From Tistrella mobilis (lineage in GTDB: Bacteria; Pseudomonadota; Alphaproteobacteria; Tistrellales; Tistrellaceae), in NCBI RefSeq assembly GCF_039634785.1, contig NZ_JBBIAB010000003.1:13724-77723 (forward strand): 64,000 bases of DNA, written 5' to 3'. The position numbers were made by a program, and so were the translations under genes. Below, piece by piece: positions 1 through 9,279 of the stretch (positions are counted from its first letter, which is position 1; the number at the start of each line of letters is the position of its first letter). The notes under the pieces were generated by a model that saw nothing but the letters and a program-made list of their open reading frames with translations, was not told the origin of the DNA and did not search any database.

Positions 1-2
1 CC

Positions 3-3000
3 CTGCTCTACGCCCTCAGCCTTGCGGTCTACTGCACCTCGTGGACCTTCTATGGCGCCATCGGCCGCGCGGCCACCGGCGGCTTCGATTTCCTGTCGAT
101 CTATGTCGGCCCGATCCTGATGATCGGTCTCGGCTGGCCGGTCCTCGCCAAGATGGTACGGGTGGCCAAGGCCGAGAACGTCGTGTCGATTTCCGATTTC
201 ATCTCGGCGCGTTACGGCAAAAGCCGGGTGCTGGCGGCGCTGGTCACCGCGATCGCGGTGGTCGTGGTGCTGCCCTATTTCGCCCTGCAGCTCAAGGCGA
301 TCACCATCAGTTTCGAGGCCCTGGCCGGCAACCCCTTCGCCGGCTCGGTCATGCCCGACCTGCCCGGGCGGACCACCCTGCTGGTCACCGTGATCATGGC
401 CGCCTTCGCCATTCTCTTCGGCGTGCGCACCATCCATGCCAACGAGCATCACCCCGGGCTGATGAGCGCGATTTCGGCCGAATCCCTGGTCAAGCTGGCC
501 GCCGCCCTGATCGTCGGCGCCGCGATCACCGTGGTGGCGGCGGGCGGGCCGGTCTCTCTGGTCGGCACCGCGCTTGCCGACCCGGCGCTCGCCCATATGC
601 TGGAACCGCGGCTCGGTCTCAGCTGGTGGGCGATGACCCTACTGTCGGGCTTCGCCATCCTCTGCCTGCCGCGCCAGTTTCATGTCGCGGTTGTGGAGAA
701 TACCCATGTCGGCGACATCCGCACCGCGGCCTGGCTGTTCCCGGCCTATCTGATCGCGATCAACCTGTTCGTGGTGCCGGTCGCCATGGCCGGCCTGCTG
801 CTCTTCGCCGGCGCCGACATGAATGCCGACACCTTCCTGGTGACCGTGCCGCTGGCGATGGGAGAGCCGGGCCTCGCCCTGCTCGCCTTCATCGGCGGGC
901 TGTCGGCCGCCACCGGCATGATCGTGGTCGGCGCGGTCGCCCTCAGCACCATGGTCTGCAACGACCTGATCGTGCCGGCGCTGATGGCGCTGCGCCCCGG
1001 CTCCCGCCGGCTCAGGGACAACCCCACCCGCATGCTGCTTCTGGCCCGCCGGCTGGCGGTGATCGGCATCCTGGCGCTCGCCTATATCAACTACCTGCTG
1101 CTCGGCAGCACCTTCCCGCTGGTCACCTTCGGCCTGGTGTCCTTTGCCGGCGTCGCACAATTCGCGCCGCCCCTGCTGCTCGGCCTGTTCTTCCGCCAGG
1201 TCACCAAGGCCGGCGCCATCGCCGGTCTGGTTGCAGGCTTCGCCGCCTGGGTCGCCACCGTGCTGTTGCCGTCCTTCGCCGAGGCCGGTGTGGTCGCCGG
1301 CAGCCTGCTGCACGATCTTCTGTTGCGGCCCGGCTGGATCAGCATCGACGACATCACCAGCGTGCACGACCTGGACGTTCTCTCCGGCGGTGCGCTCGTC
1401 AGTCTGGCACTCAATCTCGTGGTGCTGCTGGCGGTGTCGCGGTTCACCCGCCAGTCAGATCTGGAGGCGCGGCAGGCGGAACGTTTCGTCTCCATGCGCC
1501 ACGAGCTGGGCGAACGGCGGGTGCACCCGCGCGGCGCGACCCTGGCCGATCTGCACGAACTGGCCGCACGCTATGTCGGCCGCACCCGCGCCGACGCCGC
1601 CTTTGCCGACCTCGCCCAGGCCCGCAACCCTCATACCGACGGCTTCGACGCCGCGCCGCCGCTGCGCATCGACCAAGAAGCGGTGCAGGCGACCGAATGG
1701 CTGCTGGCCGGCGCCATCGGCTCGGCCTCGGCCCGGGTGGTGGTGGCCAGCCTGCTCGCAGACCGGCGTCTGTCCCGTTCCGATGCCCGCAGCATCATCG
1801 ACGAGGCCTCGCGCGCCATTCTGGATCAGCACACCCTGCTGCGCTCGACCATCGAGAATGTCGGCAAGGGCATCTGCGCCTTCGATCGCGACTTCCGGAT
1901 CCTGGTCTGGAACCGGCGCTTCCTCGACATGCTCGACGTGCCGGAAAGCCTGATCACCGTCGGCACGCCCTTGTCCGACATCGTCGACCATCTCCATGCC
2001 CGTGGCGAGTTCAGCCATGACCGCGAGATCGTCACCCTGCTGCGCCGGTCCGACCCGGATCTGCGCGGCCGGCCCGACATGTATCAGCGGATCCGCCCCG
2101 ACGGCACGGTGCTGGAGGTCACCTCCAACCCGCTGCCCGATGGCGGTTTCGTCGCCGTTTTCAACGATGTGACCGAGCGTCACCGCGCGGCCGAAGCACT
2201 GCGCGAAGCCAATGAGGGGCTGGAGCGCGGCATCGCCGAACGCACCGCCGATCTTGCCGATGCCAAGGCCGAGGCCGACCGGGCCAACCGCGCCAAGACC
2301 CGCCTGCTGGCGGCGGTCAGCCACGATCTGCTGCAGCCCCTGCACGCCGCCCGGCTGTTCATTTCCGCCGCCCGCGACCGCGGCAACGACCCGCTGGTCG
2401 GCCAGGCCGATGCGGCGCTCCGCTCTGTAGAACAGCTGCTGGGCGACCTGCTCGACATCACCCGGCTCGACACCGGCGTGGTCAAGCCCAGCCGCGGCGC
2501 GGTGGTGGTCGACGAGGTGCTGCGGCCGCTGATGGGCGAAATGGCGGTGGTCGCCGCCCGCCACGGGCTGAAACTGGTGCACGTCCCCAGTTCGGTGACC
2601 GTCGAGACCGATGCCGTGCTGCTGCGCCGGATTTTGCAGAACCTGATCGGCAATGCGCTGCGCTATACCCGAACCGGCCGGGTTCTGGTCGGTTGCCGGC
2701 GGCTGGGCGACCGGCTGCGGATTGAGGTCCACGATACCGGCCCCGGCATCCCGGCCGAAAAACAGGCCGAGATCTTCCAGGAATTCCGCCAGCTCGATGG
2801 CGGGCCGGGGGACCGCGACAAGGGGCTGGGGCTGGGTCTGTCGATCGTCGAGCGGCTGGCGGCGATCCTCGGCCACCGGGTCGGGCTCCGCTCCACCCCC
2901 GGCCGCGGCAGCTGTTTCTCGGTCGAGCTGCCGGTGAGCGAAAGCCGCGCCCTGGCGCGGCGCGTGGCACCAGAGACCCGCGGCGGCGGCTTCGACGGTA

Positions 3001-3380
3001 CGCTGGTCCTGTGCATCGAAAACGAACCCGCGATCGCGGAAGCCATGACCGCCCTGCTCGGCGGCTGGTCCTGCGAGGTGGTCTGGGGCACCACTGCCGA
3101 GGCGGCGCTGTCGGCCCTCGGCGACCGCCGCCCCGACATCGTGCTGACCGATTATCACCTCGATCACGGCCTGAGCGGGCTCGACGTGCTCGCCGGCCTG
3201 CGCACCCGTTTCGGCGCCGCCCTCCCCGCCGCCGTCATCACCGCCGACCGCAGCGACGCCGTCCGGCGCGCGGCCGAGGCGGCCGACTGCCGCATCGCCT
3301 ACAAGCCGCTGCGCCCGGGCGCACTCCGGGCGCTGATCGCGCATATGGTCGCGAAGGGGCGAAGCCGCGCCGCCGAATGA
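3..3380 (+). CDS. Hybrid sensor histidine kinase with an N-terminal sodium:solute symporter (SSS) transporter domain, then PAS, HisKA, HATPase_c and a C-terminal receiver (CrbS/CbrA-like architecture). The 5' end is truncated by the window edge.
   Basis: The frame is open from base 3 (LLYALSLAVYCTSWTFYGAIG...) with multiple TM helices typical of the SSS family. H-box AAVSHDLLQPLHAARL. N/G boxes LIGNALRYT and GLGLGLSIVERLA. Receiver with LTDYHLDHGLSGLDVL. The first Met of the listed ORF (120) is internal to the TM domain. Confidence 0.85.
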   Translation: MLYALSLAVYCTSWTFYGAIGRAATGGFDFLSIYVGPILMIGLGWPVLAKMVRVAKAENVVSISDFISARYGKSRVLAALVTAIAVVVVLPYFALQLKAITISFEALAGNPFAGSVMPDLPGRTTLLVTVIMAAFAILFGVRTIHANEHHPGLMSAISAESLVKLAAALIVGAAITVVAAGGPVSLVGTALADPALAHMLEPRLGLSWWAMTLLSGFAILCLPRQFHVAVVENTHVGDIRTAAWLFPAYLIAINLFVVPVAMAGLLLFAGADMNADTFLVTVPLAMGEPGLALLAFIGGLSAATGMIVVGAVALSTMVCNDLIVPALMALRPGSRRLRDNPTRMLLLARRLAVIGILALAYINYLLLGSTFPLVTFGLVSFAGVAQFAPPLLLGLFFRQVTKAGAIAGLVAGFAAWVATVLLPSFAEAGVVAGSLLHDLLLRPGWISIDDITSVHDLDVLSGGALVSLALNLVVLLAVSRFTRQSDLEARQAERFVSMRHELGERRVHPRGATLADLHELAARYVGRTRADAAFADLAQARNPHTDGFDAAPPLRIDQEAVQATEWLLAGAIGSASARVVVASLLADRRLSRSDARSIIDEASRAILDQHTLLRSTIENVGKGICAFDRDFRILVWNRRFLDMLDVPESLITVGTPLSDIVDHLHARGEFSHDREIVTLLRRSDPDLRGRPDMYQRIRPDGTVLEVTSNPLPDGGFVAVFNDVTERHRAAEALREANEGLERGIAERTADLADAKAEADRANRAKTRLLAAVSHDLLQPLHAARLFISAARDRGNDPLVGQADAALRSVEQLLGDLLDITRLDTGVVKPSRGAVVVDEVLRPLMGEMAVVAARHGLKLVHVPSSVTVETDAVLLRRILQNLIGNALRYTRTGRVLVGCRRLGDRLRIEVHDTGPGIPAEKQAEIFQEFRQLDGGPGDRDKGLGLGLSIVERLAAILGHRVGLRSTPGRGSCFSVELPVSESRALARRVAPETRGGGFDGTLVLCIENEPAIAEAMTALLGGWSCEVVWGTTAEAALSALGDRRPDIVLTDYHLDHGLSGLDVLAGLRTRFGAALPAAVITADRSDAVRRAAEAADCRIAYKPLRPGALRALIAHMVAKGRSRAAE

Positions 3381-3398
3381 CCTCGGCTACGGGTGATG

Positions 3399-4052
3399 TC
3401 AGCTGCCCGCCGTCTCGACCTCGGTCGCATGCAGCGCCAGCCGGCCGGCCAGGATGGCGGCCTGGGTGCGGCTCACCACGCCCAGGCGGCGCAGGATCAC
3501 CGTCACATGGGCCTTCACCGTGGTTTCGACCACGCCCATTTCATAGGCGATCTGCTTGTTGAGCTTGCCTTCGGCAATGCCGGCCAGCACGCGCAGCTGC
3601 TGGGGGGTCAGGCCGGCGATGCGGTCGGCGACGTCGACATCCTCGGCCGTGTCGGCCTCGTCGGTGTCCGGCTGCCAGATCTGGCCCTCGATCACCGCAC
3701 GGATCGCGGCACCAAGCCGGTCGACCGGCGCCGATTTCGGCACGAAGCCCGAGGCGCCGTACTGCATCGCCCGGCGGATGGTGGCCGCATCCTCCATCGC
3801 CGAGACCACGATCACCGGAATTGCCGGATGTTCGTTGCGCAGCAGCACAAGGCCGATCAGCCCGTTCATACCCGGCATGTGCAGGTCCAGCAGCACGCAG
3901 TCGATGCCGTCATCCCGGGCCAGCACCGTTTCGACTCCCGAAAATTCCGAAGCCTGGATGGTCTCCGCCCCGGGCAGGCTGTCGGCCACCGCCTGGCAGA
4001 GTGCCGCCCGCATCAGCGGATGATCGTCGGCGATCAGGATCCGATACGACAT
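3399..4052 (-). CDS. Two-component response regulator, NarL/FixJ (LuxR-type HTH) family
   Basis: MSYRILIADDHPLMR receiver with conserved Asp (VLLDLHMPGMNG) and a C-terminal LuxR HTH (LTPQQLRVLAGIAEGKLNKQIAYEMGVVETTVKAHV). It is convergent with the kinase, 18 bp away. Confidence 0.9.
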   Translation of the reverse strand: MSYRILIADDHPLMRAALCQAVADSLPGAETIQASEFSGVETVLARDDGIDCVLLDLHMPGMNGLIGLVLLRNEHPAIPVIVVSAMEDAATIRRAMQYGASGFVPKSAPVDRLGAAIRAVIEGQIWQPDTDEADTAEDVDVADRIAGLTPQQLRVLAGIAEGKLNKQIAYEMGVVETTVKAHVTVILRRLGVVSRTQAAILAGRLALHATEVETAGS

Positions 4053-4157
4053 GTCCCGCCCTCCCCTCGGGTCCCGGGCATCCGGCTGCGTTGGCCGTAC
4101 CCTTATGAGGCAGGATCATGCGCAAGTTTCTGTCCGACGCAAGGCCGGTCTGCATAT

Positions 4158-4187
4158 GAATTGAAACGGACAGCCGAAGCTGCCCGT
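4158..4187 (-). terminator. Rho-independent terminator downstream of the MFS transporter gene (minus strand)
   Basis: On the minus-strand RNA: ACGGGCAGC-UUCG-GCUGUCCGU, a 9-bp stem with one G.U pair and a UUCG tetraloop, followed by UUUCAAUUCAUAU. Confidence 0.55.
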
Positions 4188-4244
4188 TCCATGATACCCC
4201 ATTCGCGGGTGCAGCACGCACCCTTGGGCTGTATGTTGCGTCGC

Positions 4245-5963
4245 TCAATCGTGCTGGTAGATGTCCACCGACCTGGTATCCCGGACGAAGAGCACGCCGA
4301 TCACCAGGGTCGCCGCCGCGATCACGATCGGGTACCAGAGGCCCGAATAGATGTCGCCGGTGGCGGCCACGATGGCGAAGCTGGTGGTGGGCAGGAAGCC
4401 GCCGAACCAGCCATTGCCGATGTGATAGGGCAGCGACATCGAGGTATAGCGGATCCGGGTCGGGAACATCTCGACCAGCATCGCCGCGATCGGGCCATAG
4501 ACCATGGTCACGTAGATGACCAGCACGGTCAGCAGCACGATCAGCATCACATGGTTGACCCGGGCCGGATCGGCCTTGGCGGGGTAGCCGGCCGCGGTCA
4601 TGGCATCGCCAAGCGCCTTGTTGAAGGCGGCGCCGGCGGACTGCGGGTCGACCGGGGCGGCGTGGCTGCCGCCGCCATGCAGGTTGACCTCGGTCTTCCC
4701 CGTGGCGCCCGATGCATCGTAGCTGTCGATCACCACATCGCCGACACGGATCTGGGCGATGGTGCCGGCGGGGGCGGCCTCGTTGCTATAGGGCGCGCCC
4801 TTCTTCACCAGGGCCGACTTGGCGATATCGCAGCTGCTGGTGAATTTCGACGTGCCGACCGGGTTGAACTGGAAGCTGCAGCTCTCCGGATCGGCATAGA
4901 CCACGATCGGCGCGCTGGCCACGGCCTGTTCCAGCGCCGGGTTGCCGTAATGGGTCAGGCCCTTGAAGATCGGGAAATAGGTCACGATCGCAAGCGCCAG
5001 GCCGACCATGATGATCGGCTTGCGGCCGATGCGGTCCGACAGGCTGCCGAAGATCACGAAGAAGGGCGTGCCCAGCAGCAGGGCGGCGGCGATCATCAGG
5101 TTGGCGTCCTGCGGATCGATCTTCAGGGTCTGCTGCAGGAAGAACAGGGCATAGAACTGGCCGGTGTACCAGACCACCGCCTGACCGGCGACCAGGCCGA
5201 ACAGCGCCAGCAGGACGATCTTGAGGTTCTTCCAGTTGCCGAAAGCCTCGGTCAGCGGCGCCTTCGAATGCTTGCCCTCTTCCTTCATCTTCTGGAAGAC
5301 CGGGCTTTCGTTCAGCATCATCCGGATCCAGACCGACACGCCGAGCAGCACGATCGAGATCACGAAGGGAATGCGCCAGCCCCAGCTTTCGAAGGCCTCG
5401 GCCGACATCGACACGCGGCAGCCCAGGATGACCAGCAGCGACAGGAACAGGCCCAGCGTCGCGGTGGTCTGGATCCAGGCGGTATAGGCGCCGCGGCGGC
5501 CATTCGGGGCATGTTCGGCGACATAGGTCGCCGCACCGCCGTATTCGCCACCCAGCGCCAGGCCCTGCAGCAGGCGCAGGATGATCAGGATCACCGGTGC
5601 GGCGATGCCGATGGTGGCGTAATTCGGCAGGATGCCCACGATGAAGGTCGAGGCACCCATGATCAGGATGGTGACGAGGAAGGTGTATTTGCGGCCGATC
5701 AGGTCACCCAGGCGGCCGAAAACCAGCGCACCGAAGGGACGCACGGCGAAGCCGGCGGCGAAGGCGAGCAGTGCGAAAATGTACGCCGCCGTCTCGTTCA
5801 CGCCCGAGAAAAACTGTTTGGCGATGATCGCGGCCAGCGAGCCGTAGAGGTAGAAATCGTACCACTCGAACACGGTTCCCAGCGAGGAGGCGAAGATGAC
5901 CTTCTTCTCCTTGCTGGTCATGGGTGCGGCCTTGCCCGTATCCGCCATGGATATGTTGGCCAT
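4245..5963 (-). CDS. MFS transporter, metabolite:H+ symporter (MHS; ProP/KgtP-like) family, with a ~135-aa hydrophilic insertion between predicted TM9 and TM10
   Basis: MHS signature GRLGDLIGRK. Start chosen at MANISMADTG (ATG 5961-5963) with a GGGAGG Shine-Dalgarno 6 nt upstream. The upstream part of the listed 666-aa ORF has no transporter features. Confidence 0.85.
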   Translation of the reverse strand: MANISMADTGKAAPMTSKEKKVIFASSLGTVFEWYDFYLYGSLAAIIAKQFFSGVNETAAYIFALLAFAAGFAVRPFGALVFGRLGDLIGRKYTFLVTILIMGASTFIVGILPNYATIGIAAPVILIILRLLQGLALGGEYGGAATYVAEHAPNGRRGAYTAWIQTTATLGLFLSLLVILGCRVSMSAEAFESWGWRIPFVISIVLLGVSVWIRMMLNESPVFQKMKEEGKHSKAPLTEAFGNWKNLKIVLLALFGLVAGQAVVWYTGQFYALFFLQQTLKIDPQDANLMIAAALLLGTPFFVIFGSLSDRIGRKPIIMVGLALAIVTYFPIFKGLTHYGNPALEQAVASAPIVVYADPESCSFQFNPVGTSKFTSSCDIAKSALVKKGAPYSNEAAPAGTIAQIRVGDVVIDSYDASGATGKTEVNLHGGGSHAAPVDPQSAGAAFNKALGDAMTAAGYPAKADPARVNHVMLIVLLTVLVIYVTMVYGPIAAMLVEMFPTRIRYTSMSLPYHIGNGWFGGFLPTTSFAIVAATGDIYSGLWYPIVIAAATLVIGVLFVRDTRSVDIYQHD

Positions 5964-6270
5964 GTATCCTCCCTGCAACGTGGCGTTGCTCAGACGTTTT
6001 CTGCGTTGGAAGACGCTGCCTGACGCCGATCCTGAAGCAGGGCCGTTCCCGCGGACCCGGATGCTTCGATCTTCCCCATCGCCCGTCAGGCCGGTCGATG
6101 GTGAAACGATGCGCCGCGCGGCCGAAGGACGCAGCCCCGACCTTGGTCGGGGTGAGATCCGATACAGACCCTTGAAATGAAAGAGGAATTCTTGTGCGCC
6201 GCAACATATCGTCGCATCGCAGCGCACAAATGCCTGCCGGGGCATTCACCCGGAGATTGCGCGCCTGGTC

Positions 6271-7242
6271 TCAGGCGGCGATCCAGCCGATCAGCAGATC
6301 GGCGAGCGCATCGGAATTGTCATCCATCATCGGCATGTGCGAATTGCCGCGGATGCCCATCGCCGGCAGGTCCATCAGGCTCGCCTCCACCCCGGCCGCC
6401 CTCAGCTGATCCACATGGCTGCGGGTGGTGGCGGCCAGATACGACCAGAACGGCGTCTCGTCGACGAAATCGCCCAGCATCAGCAGGCGCCGCTGCGGCC
6501 GGCCGTCGGGGCCCAGGGGCGACCAGCCTTGGGGCAGCGCCGGCATGCCCGAGGGCTCGATGCCGATGCAGCCGCGGACGAGATCCGGTCTGGCCGCCGC
6601 CGCCGCATGGGTGAACCAGCCGCCCTGGCTGTGGCCGACCAGGATGCAGGGGCCGATGGTTTCGATCACCGCGATCAGCGCCGCCAGCGCCTGGGGCGCC
6701 GTCGACAGCCAGCGCGGCACATGGTTGCGGCAAAGGTCGTCGAAGCCCGCCATCGGGAAACGCTGCCCCGGGAAGGGGCGCCGTGCCGCCATGTCTGCCG
6801 CAGCGCCCAGCCGATAGAGCGTCCAGGCCTGTTCGTCGGTGCGCATGATCGCCCGGCCCGGCCAGTGGCCATCGACCGCGCACCAGCCGGCACGGCCGCG
6901 CTCCACCCCGTCGACGACATGGGTGGTGAACCCCGCCTGAACGAAACGGGTCAACCAGCCGGGCCGGCCGTCGGGCGTCGTCTCCCACATCGATCCGGTC
7001 AGCGCGCCGCCATGGACCAGAACCAGCGGCAGCGCGCCGGGCCGGGCGTTGCGCGGCACGAAGCTCTGGACATAGGCCTGATCGGCGAAGACAGCGCCAT
7101 TGGGGTCGTGCACGAAATCGGGCGTGTCGGCCGAGAAATTGATCCGCTCAGGCGCCGCATCCCGGGTGACGACCCGCCCGCCGCCGCAGCGAAAGCTGCG
7201 GAAGCAGGCGAGATCCATCTCGTGGCCTCGGGCCTCGGTCAC
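6271..7242 (-). CDS. Alpha/beta-hydrolase fold esterase/lipase
   Basis: GHSQGG nucleophile elbow (LVGHSQGGW), about 320 aa. Its start overlaps the stop of the upstream binding-protein gene by 4 bp (7239-7242). Confidence 0.75.
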   Translation of the reverse strand: MTEARGHEMDLACFRSFRCGGGRVVTRDAAPERINFSADTPDFVHDPNGAVFADQAYVQSFVPRNARPGALPLVLVHGGALTGSMWETTPDGRPGWLTRFVQAGFTTHVVDGVERGRAGWCAVDGHWPGRAIMRTDEQAWTLYRLGAAADMAARRPFPGQRFPMAGFDDLCRNHVPRWLSTAPQALAALIAVIETIGPCILVGHSQGGWFTHAAAAARPDLVRGCIGIEPSGMPALPQGWSPLGPDGRPQRRLLMLGDFVDETPFWSYLAATTRSHVDQLRAAGVEASLMDLPAMGIRGNSHMPMMDDNSDALADLLIGWIAA

Positions 7243-8471
7243 TTCGCCACCAGCGGGCAGGTGCTTTCCGACAGCGGCCAGACCAGCTGGTCGCCGGGAA
7301 TGGTCGCCACGATATCGAGATAGTCCCAGGGGCCCTTGGATTCGGCCGGCGCCTTCACCCGGGCCAGATACATGTCCCGCACCACCCGGCCATCTTCGCG
7401 CAGCCGGGCATTGCGGCTATAGGGATCGTCGATCGGCAGCGCACGCATCTTGGCCGAAACCGCATCGGCATCGGTGCCGCCCACGGCATCCACCGCCTTC
7501 AGATAGTGCAGCACCTCGCCATAAACGCCGGCCTGAAGCATGCCGGGCATGGCGCCCACCCGCTCCATATAGCGCTTCGACAGCGCCCGTGCGCGGTCGT
7601 CGACATCCCAGTAGGACGGCGTGGTGAGATAGGTGCCCTGCGCCGCCTGAAGCCCCAGACCGTGGATGTCCGACAGCATCAGGATCAGGGCCGCCAGCTT
7701 CTGGCCGCCCGCGACCAGACCGAATTCGCCGGCCTGTTTGATGGTGTTGATCGTGTCGCCGCCGGCATTGGCGATGCCCACCACCTTCGCGCCCGAGGCC
7801 TGGGCCTGCAGCAGGTAGGACGAGAAGTCCGCCGTCGCCAGCGGATGGAACACCTCGCCCACCACCTGGCCGCCGGCGCCGGTGACCACGGCTGCCGCAT
7901 CGCGCGCCAGCTGATGGCCGAAGGCATAGTCGGACGCGATCATGAACCAGCTGTCGCCGCCGGCCTTCACCACCGCCCCGGCCGTGCCCCTGGAGAGGGC
8001 ATAGGTGTCGTAGGTCCAGTGCACGCCATAGGGCGAGCACGACTTGCCGGTCAGCGCCGGGGTGCCGGCGCCCGAGAACAGCACCATCTTCTTCTTTTCG
8101 CGGGCGATTTCCTGCACCGCCAGCGCCACAGCCGAATTGGGCACGTCGACGATCACGTCGACCCCGGCCTGATCGAACCATTCACGCGCGATCGACGAGC
8201 CGAGATCGGTCTTGTGCTGATGGTCGGCCGAGATCACCTCGACCGGACGGCCGGCAACCTTGCCGCCCATGTCTTCGACCGCCAGCCGCGCCGCCTCGAC
8301 CGAGCCCTTGCCGGTCGCATCGGCGGTAACGCCGCCGAGATCGGTCAGCACGCCGATCCGGATCGGCTTCATCTCGTCCGCCGCGGCCTGCCCGGCCACG
8401 GCCATCAGTCCCGCCACCACGGCCAGGACCACCGCCAGGCGGCCGCCGGCCGCCTTGCTCTTGTTCCGCAT
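7239..8471 (-). CDS. ABC transporter periplasmic substrate-binding protein, branched-chain amino acid-binding (LivK/LivJ-like, type I PBP) family
   Basis: Signal peptide (RLAVVLAVVAGLMAVAGQAAA) followed by a type-I periplasmic binding fold (IRIGVLTDLGG..., VVGIANAGGDTINTIKQAGEFGL). Confidence 0.85.
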   Translation of the reverse strand: MRNKSKAAGGRLAVVLAVVAGLMAVAGQAAADEMKPIRIGVLTDLGGVTADATGKGSVEAARLAVEDMGGKVAGRPVEVISADHQHKTDLGSSIAREWFDQAGVDVIVDVPNSAVALAVQEIAREKKKMVLFSGAGTPALTGKSCSPYGVHWTYDTYALSRGTAGAVVKAGGDSWFMIASDYAFGHQLARDAAAVVTGAGGQVVGEVFHPLATADFSSYLLQAQASGAKVVGIANAGGDTINTIKQAGEFGLVAGGQKLAALILMLSDIHGLGLQAAQGTYLTTPSYWDVDDRARALSKRYMERVGAMPGMLQAGVYGEVLHYLKAVDAVGGTDADAVSAKMRALPIDDPYSRNARLREDGRVVRDMYLARVKAPAESKGPWDYLDIVATIPGDQLVWPLSESTCPLVAK

Positions 8472-8626
8472 CTGGTTTCCTCCCGCTCCGGCGCCATGGC
8501 GCCGCGGGCTTCAGGGCGCAGAGGCCCGGCCCGTTCTTGTGTGCTCGGCTTGTGTGGTCGGGCATCTCGCGCCGGGTCGCCGATCTGCTATCGTGCGGAG
8601 CGCTGATGCCATGGGGAGCATAATCC

Positions 8627-8638
8627 TCCCATATGGGA
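8627..8638. promoter_or_regulatory. Perfect 12-bp palindrome TCCCATATGGGA in the divergent promoter region between the binding-protein gene and marR. Candidate MarR operator.
   Basis: Exact self-complementary 12-mer. It lies 80 bp upstream of the preferred MarR start. It overlaps the ATG of the longer listed ORF (8633), which argues against that start. Confidence 0.4.
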
Positions 8639-8716
8639 CGAATTGTAAACCCCCGCCAGACCAGGCTGCCACCAGGAGGCCCGCCCTTGCCCCGTCCGTC
8701 GAAGACCACCACCGAC

Positions 8717-9199
8717 ATGGAGGAGACGGCTCCCCTCGTCCGCGATCTGAAACTCTTCGGTCTGTTCGACACGGTGCCGATCCGCCAGGCCTATCGCCTG
8801 GCTTTCCTGACCAATTTCTACCGGGCGCCGCTGCTGCGCCGGATCGAGCAGGAACACGGGCTGACCCGCCCGGAATGGACGATCCTGATCTGTCTCAGCC
8901 ACCAGGACGGGCTGAACCCGCGCGACATCTGCGATTTCACCGAACAGCCGCGCAACAATGTCAGCCGCGGCGCTGCCCTGCTGGAAGCCAAGGGCCTGAT
9001 CACCCGCAGCCCCGACCCGGAGGATGCCCGCCGCGCGCTCCTGCACCTGACCGAGACCGGCCGCGCCCTCTATGCCCGGCTGATGCCGCTGTTCCAGGCG
9101 CGCGAGGCCGAAATGCTGGCAGTGTTGAGCCCCGAGGAGCGCGCGCAGCTCGACCATCTGCTGACCCGGCTGACGGCGGAGCTGCCGGTCTGGCGGTGA
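8717..9199 (+). CDS. MarR-family transcriptional regulator
   Basis: Winged-helix region LTRPEWTILICLSHQDGLNPRDICDFTEQPRNNVSRGAALLEAKGLITRSPDPEDARRALLHLTETGRALY. 161 aa from MEETAPL fits MarR size. The listed ORF starts at 8633 but the N-terminal extension is low-complexity. Confidence 0.8.
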   Translation: MEETAPLVRDLKLFGLFDTVPIRQAYRLAFLTNFYRAPLLRRIEQEHGLTRPEWTILICLSHQDGLNPRDICDFTEQPRNNVSRGAALLEAKGLITRSPDPEDARRALLHLTETGRALYARLMPLFQAREAEMLAVLSPEERAQLDHLLTRLTAELPVWR

Positions 9200-9279
9200 C
9201 CCCGCAGCCCGCATCCTCCGGAACCGATGGCGACGGCGCCGGTTGCGTCCCCGAACCGCAACCTGCAACGGAGCCCCCG

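Noticed and set aside
8633-8716. Longer MarR start at 8633
   Set aside because: The extension is low-complexity, gives an over-long MarR, and its ATG sits inside the 12-bp palindrome. The downstream start at 8717 fits family length.
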